64,000 nt of DNA, taken from assembly GCA_016722515.1 (NCBI GenBank), contig JADKJE010000004.1, positions 7,544-71,543 of the forward strand, written 5' to 3'. The translations under genes and the position numbers were made by a program. The stretch's first letter is position 1; the number at the start of each line of letters is the position of its first letter. The notes below the pieces were generated by a model, which saw only the letters and a program-made list of their open reading frames with translations, searched no databases and was not told the DNA's origin. This DNA comes from Alphaproteobacteria bacterium (GTDB taxonomy: Bacteria; Pseudomonadota; Alphaproteobacteria; Rickettsiales; JADKJE01). Shown here one piece after another: positions 63,266 to 64,000 of the stretch.

Positions 63266-64000
63266 ATGCGAACACATCATCCCCTGATGATGGCGTTGCT
63301 GATGGTAGGGTTTCTAGCCACTCCTGCACACGCCAAAACATCAGAATACACGCTTACGATTGAGCGGTTGCCTGTAAACATTACTGGCAAACCAATCGAG
63401 AAAATCACCGTGAATGGGAGCATCCCAGCCCCCACGCTTCGCTTCACCGAAGGCGATGAAGCGGTGATCCACGTCACCAATAAAATGGATGAACCAACCT
63501 CTATCCATTGGCACGGCCTGCTACTGCCCGACGCAATGGACGGTGTAACAGGGTTTGGAGGCTATAAGGCGATAGAGCCAGGGACGACCTTCACCTACCG
63601 TTTCCCCGTAAGGCAAACTGGCACTTACTGGTATCACTCGCATACCAGCGGTCAGGAACAGGACGGGTTATATGGCTCGATTATCACTTCGCCTAAAGGC
63701 AAAGACCCGATTGCGGCGGATCGCGATTATGTCGTGGTGCTTTCCGATTTCTCCGAAGAACATTCCAGCGACATCATGGCGAATCTCAAAAAGTCGTCGG
63801 ATTATTACGCCAATGCGCGGCTCACGGTTGGTGATTTCTTCGCGGATATAAAGGAGCGTGGGTGGGACAAGGCGTTCAAAGATGCCAAAGACTGGGGCGA
63901 TATGCGGATGATGCGTACCGATCTGGCTGATGTCACAGGCTACACGTTCCTCACCAATGGCAAATCGCCAAAACAAAACTGGACGGGGCTTTTCAAGCCA
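63266..64000 (+). CDS. copA: copper-resistance multicopper oxidase, N-terminal part; runs off the right edge
   Basis: Absent from the ORF track because there is no stop in the window. My translation from the ATG at 63266 (AAGGA upstream) gives MRTHHPLMMALLMVGFLATPAHAKTSEYTLTIERLPVNITGKP...TSIHWHGLLLPDAMDG...GTYWYHSH. This shows the type-1/3 copper motifs HWHG and YWYHSH. Confidence 0.85.
   Translation, partial: MRTHHPLMMALLMVGFLATPAHAKTSEYTLTIERLPVNITGKPIEKITVNGSIPAPTLRFTEGDEAVIHVTNKMDEPTSIHWHGLLLPDAMDGVTGFGGYKAIEPGTTFTYRFPVRQTGTYWYHSHTSGQEQDGLYGSIITSPKGKDPIAADRDYVVVLSDFSEEHSSDIMANLKKSSDYYANARLTVGDFFADIKERGWDKAFKDAKDWGDMRMMRTDLADVTGYTFLTNGKSPKQNWTGLFKP

Overview
The window has two parts. Coordinates and translations come from the supplied ORF track plus my own reading; no searches were run.

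(1) 1-34.3 kb is a chromosomal anaerobic-respiration and N-oxide-stress block of a proteobacterium. It holds nrdD (partial, missing from the ORF track), a PLP-decarboxylase-nnrS pair, a porin, and a thioredoxin-like/DUF2024/MarR trio. Next come a narK-narK-narGHJI operon with a trailing SurA/PpiC-like gene, hemN-hemerythrin-pdxH and a UbiH-type monooxygenase. An unusual NIT-domain::Crp/Fnr one-component regulator follows, then a Moco-riboswitch-led moaA-moaC/B-moeA-moaD-moaE-mobA operon. The block ends with moeB-rhodanese, a RIC/YtfE protein, a split Aer-like PAS + MCP pair, an nnrU-like gene, tauE and nsrR-hmp with a perfect palindromic operator. At least ten TTGAT-N4-ATCAA (FNR/Dnr-type) boxes, five of them perfect, sit in the intergenic regions.

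(2) 34.3-62.5 kb is a roughly 28-kb prophage-like element. Its late genes are all on the minus strand: a lambda-like terminase/gpW/portal/gpC/gpD/gpE head module, an RcGTA gp9-gp15-like tail module, DUF2793 and fibre genes, and a lysis cassette. It also carries two short plus-strand operons that share a conserved leader, and two orphan DNA methyltransferases. There is no integrase, repressor or replication gene between the flanking host genes (hmp on the left, a cop locus with partial copA on the right).

The strangest feature is a 464-nt tract of over 90 percent G+C with opposite-skew arms at 38731-39194. It replaces the stop codon and spacer between the gp15-like gene and the DUF2793 fibre gene. 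It is either an assembly artefact or an undescribed structured or repeat element.

Four genes (moaC/B, gp15-like, tape measure, tail tube) are each split by what looks like a single-base deletion in the same direction. This suggests sequencing indels rather than decay, but it needs read-level checking.
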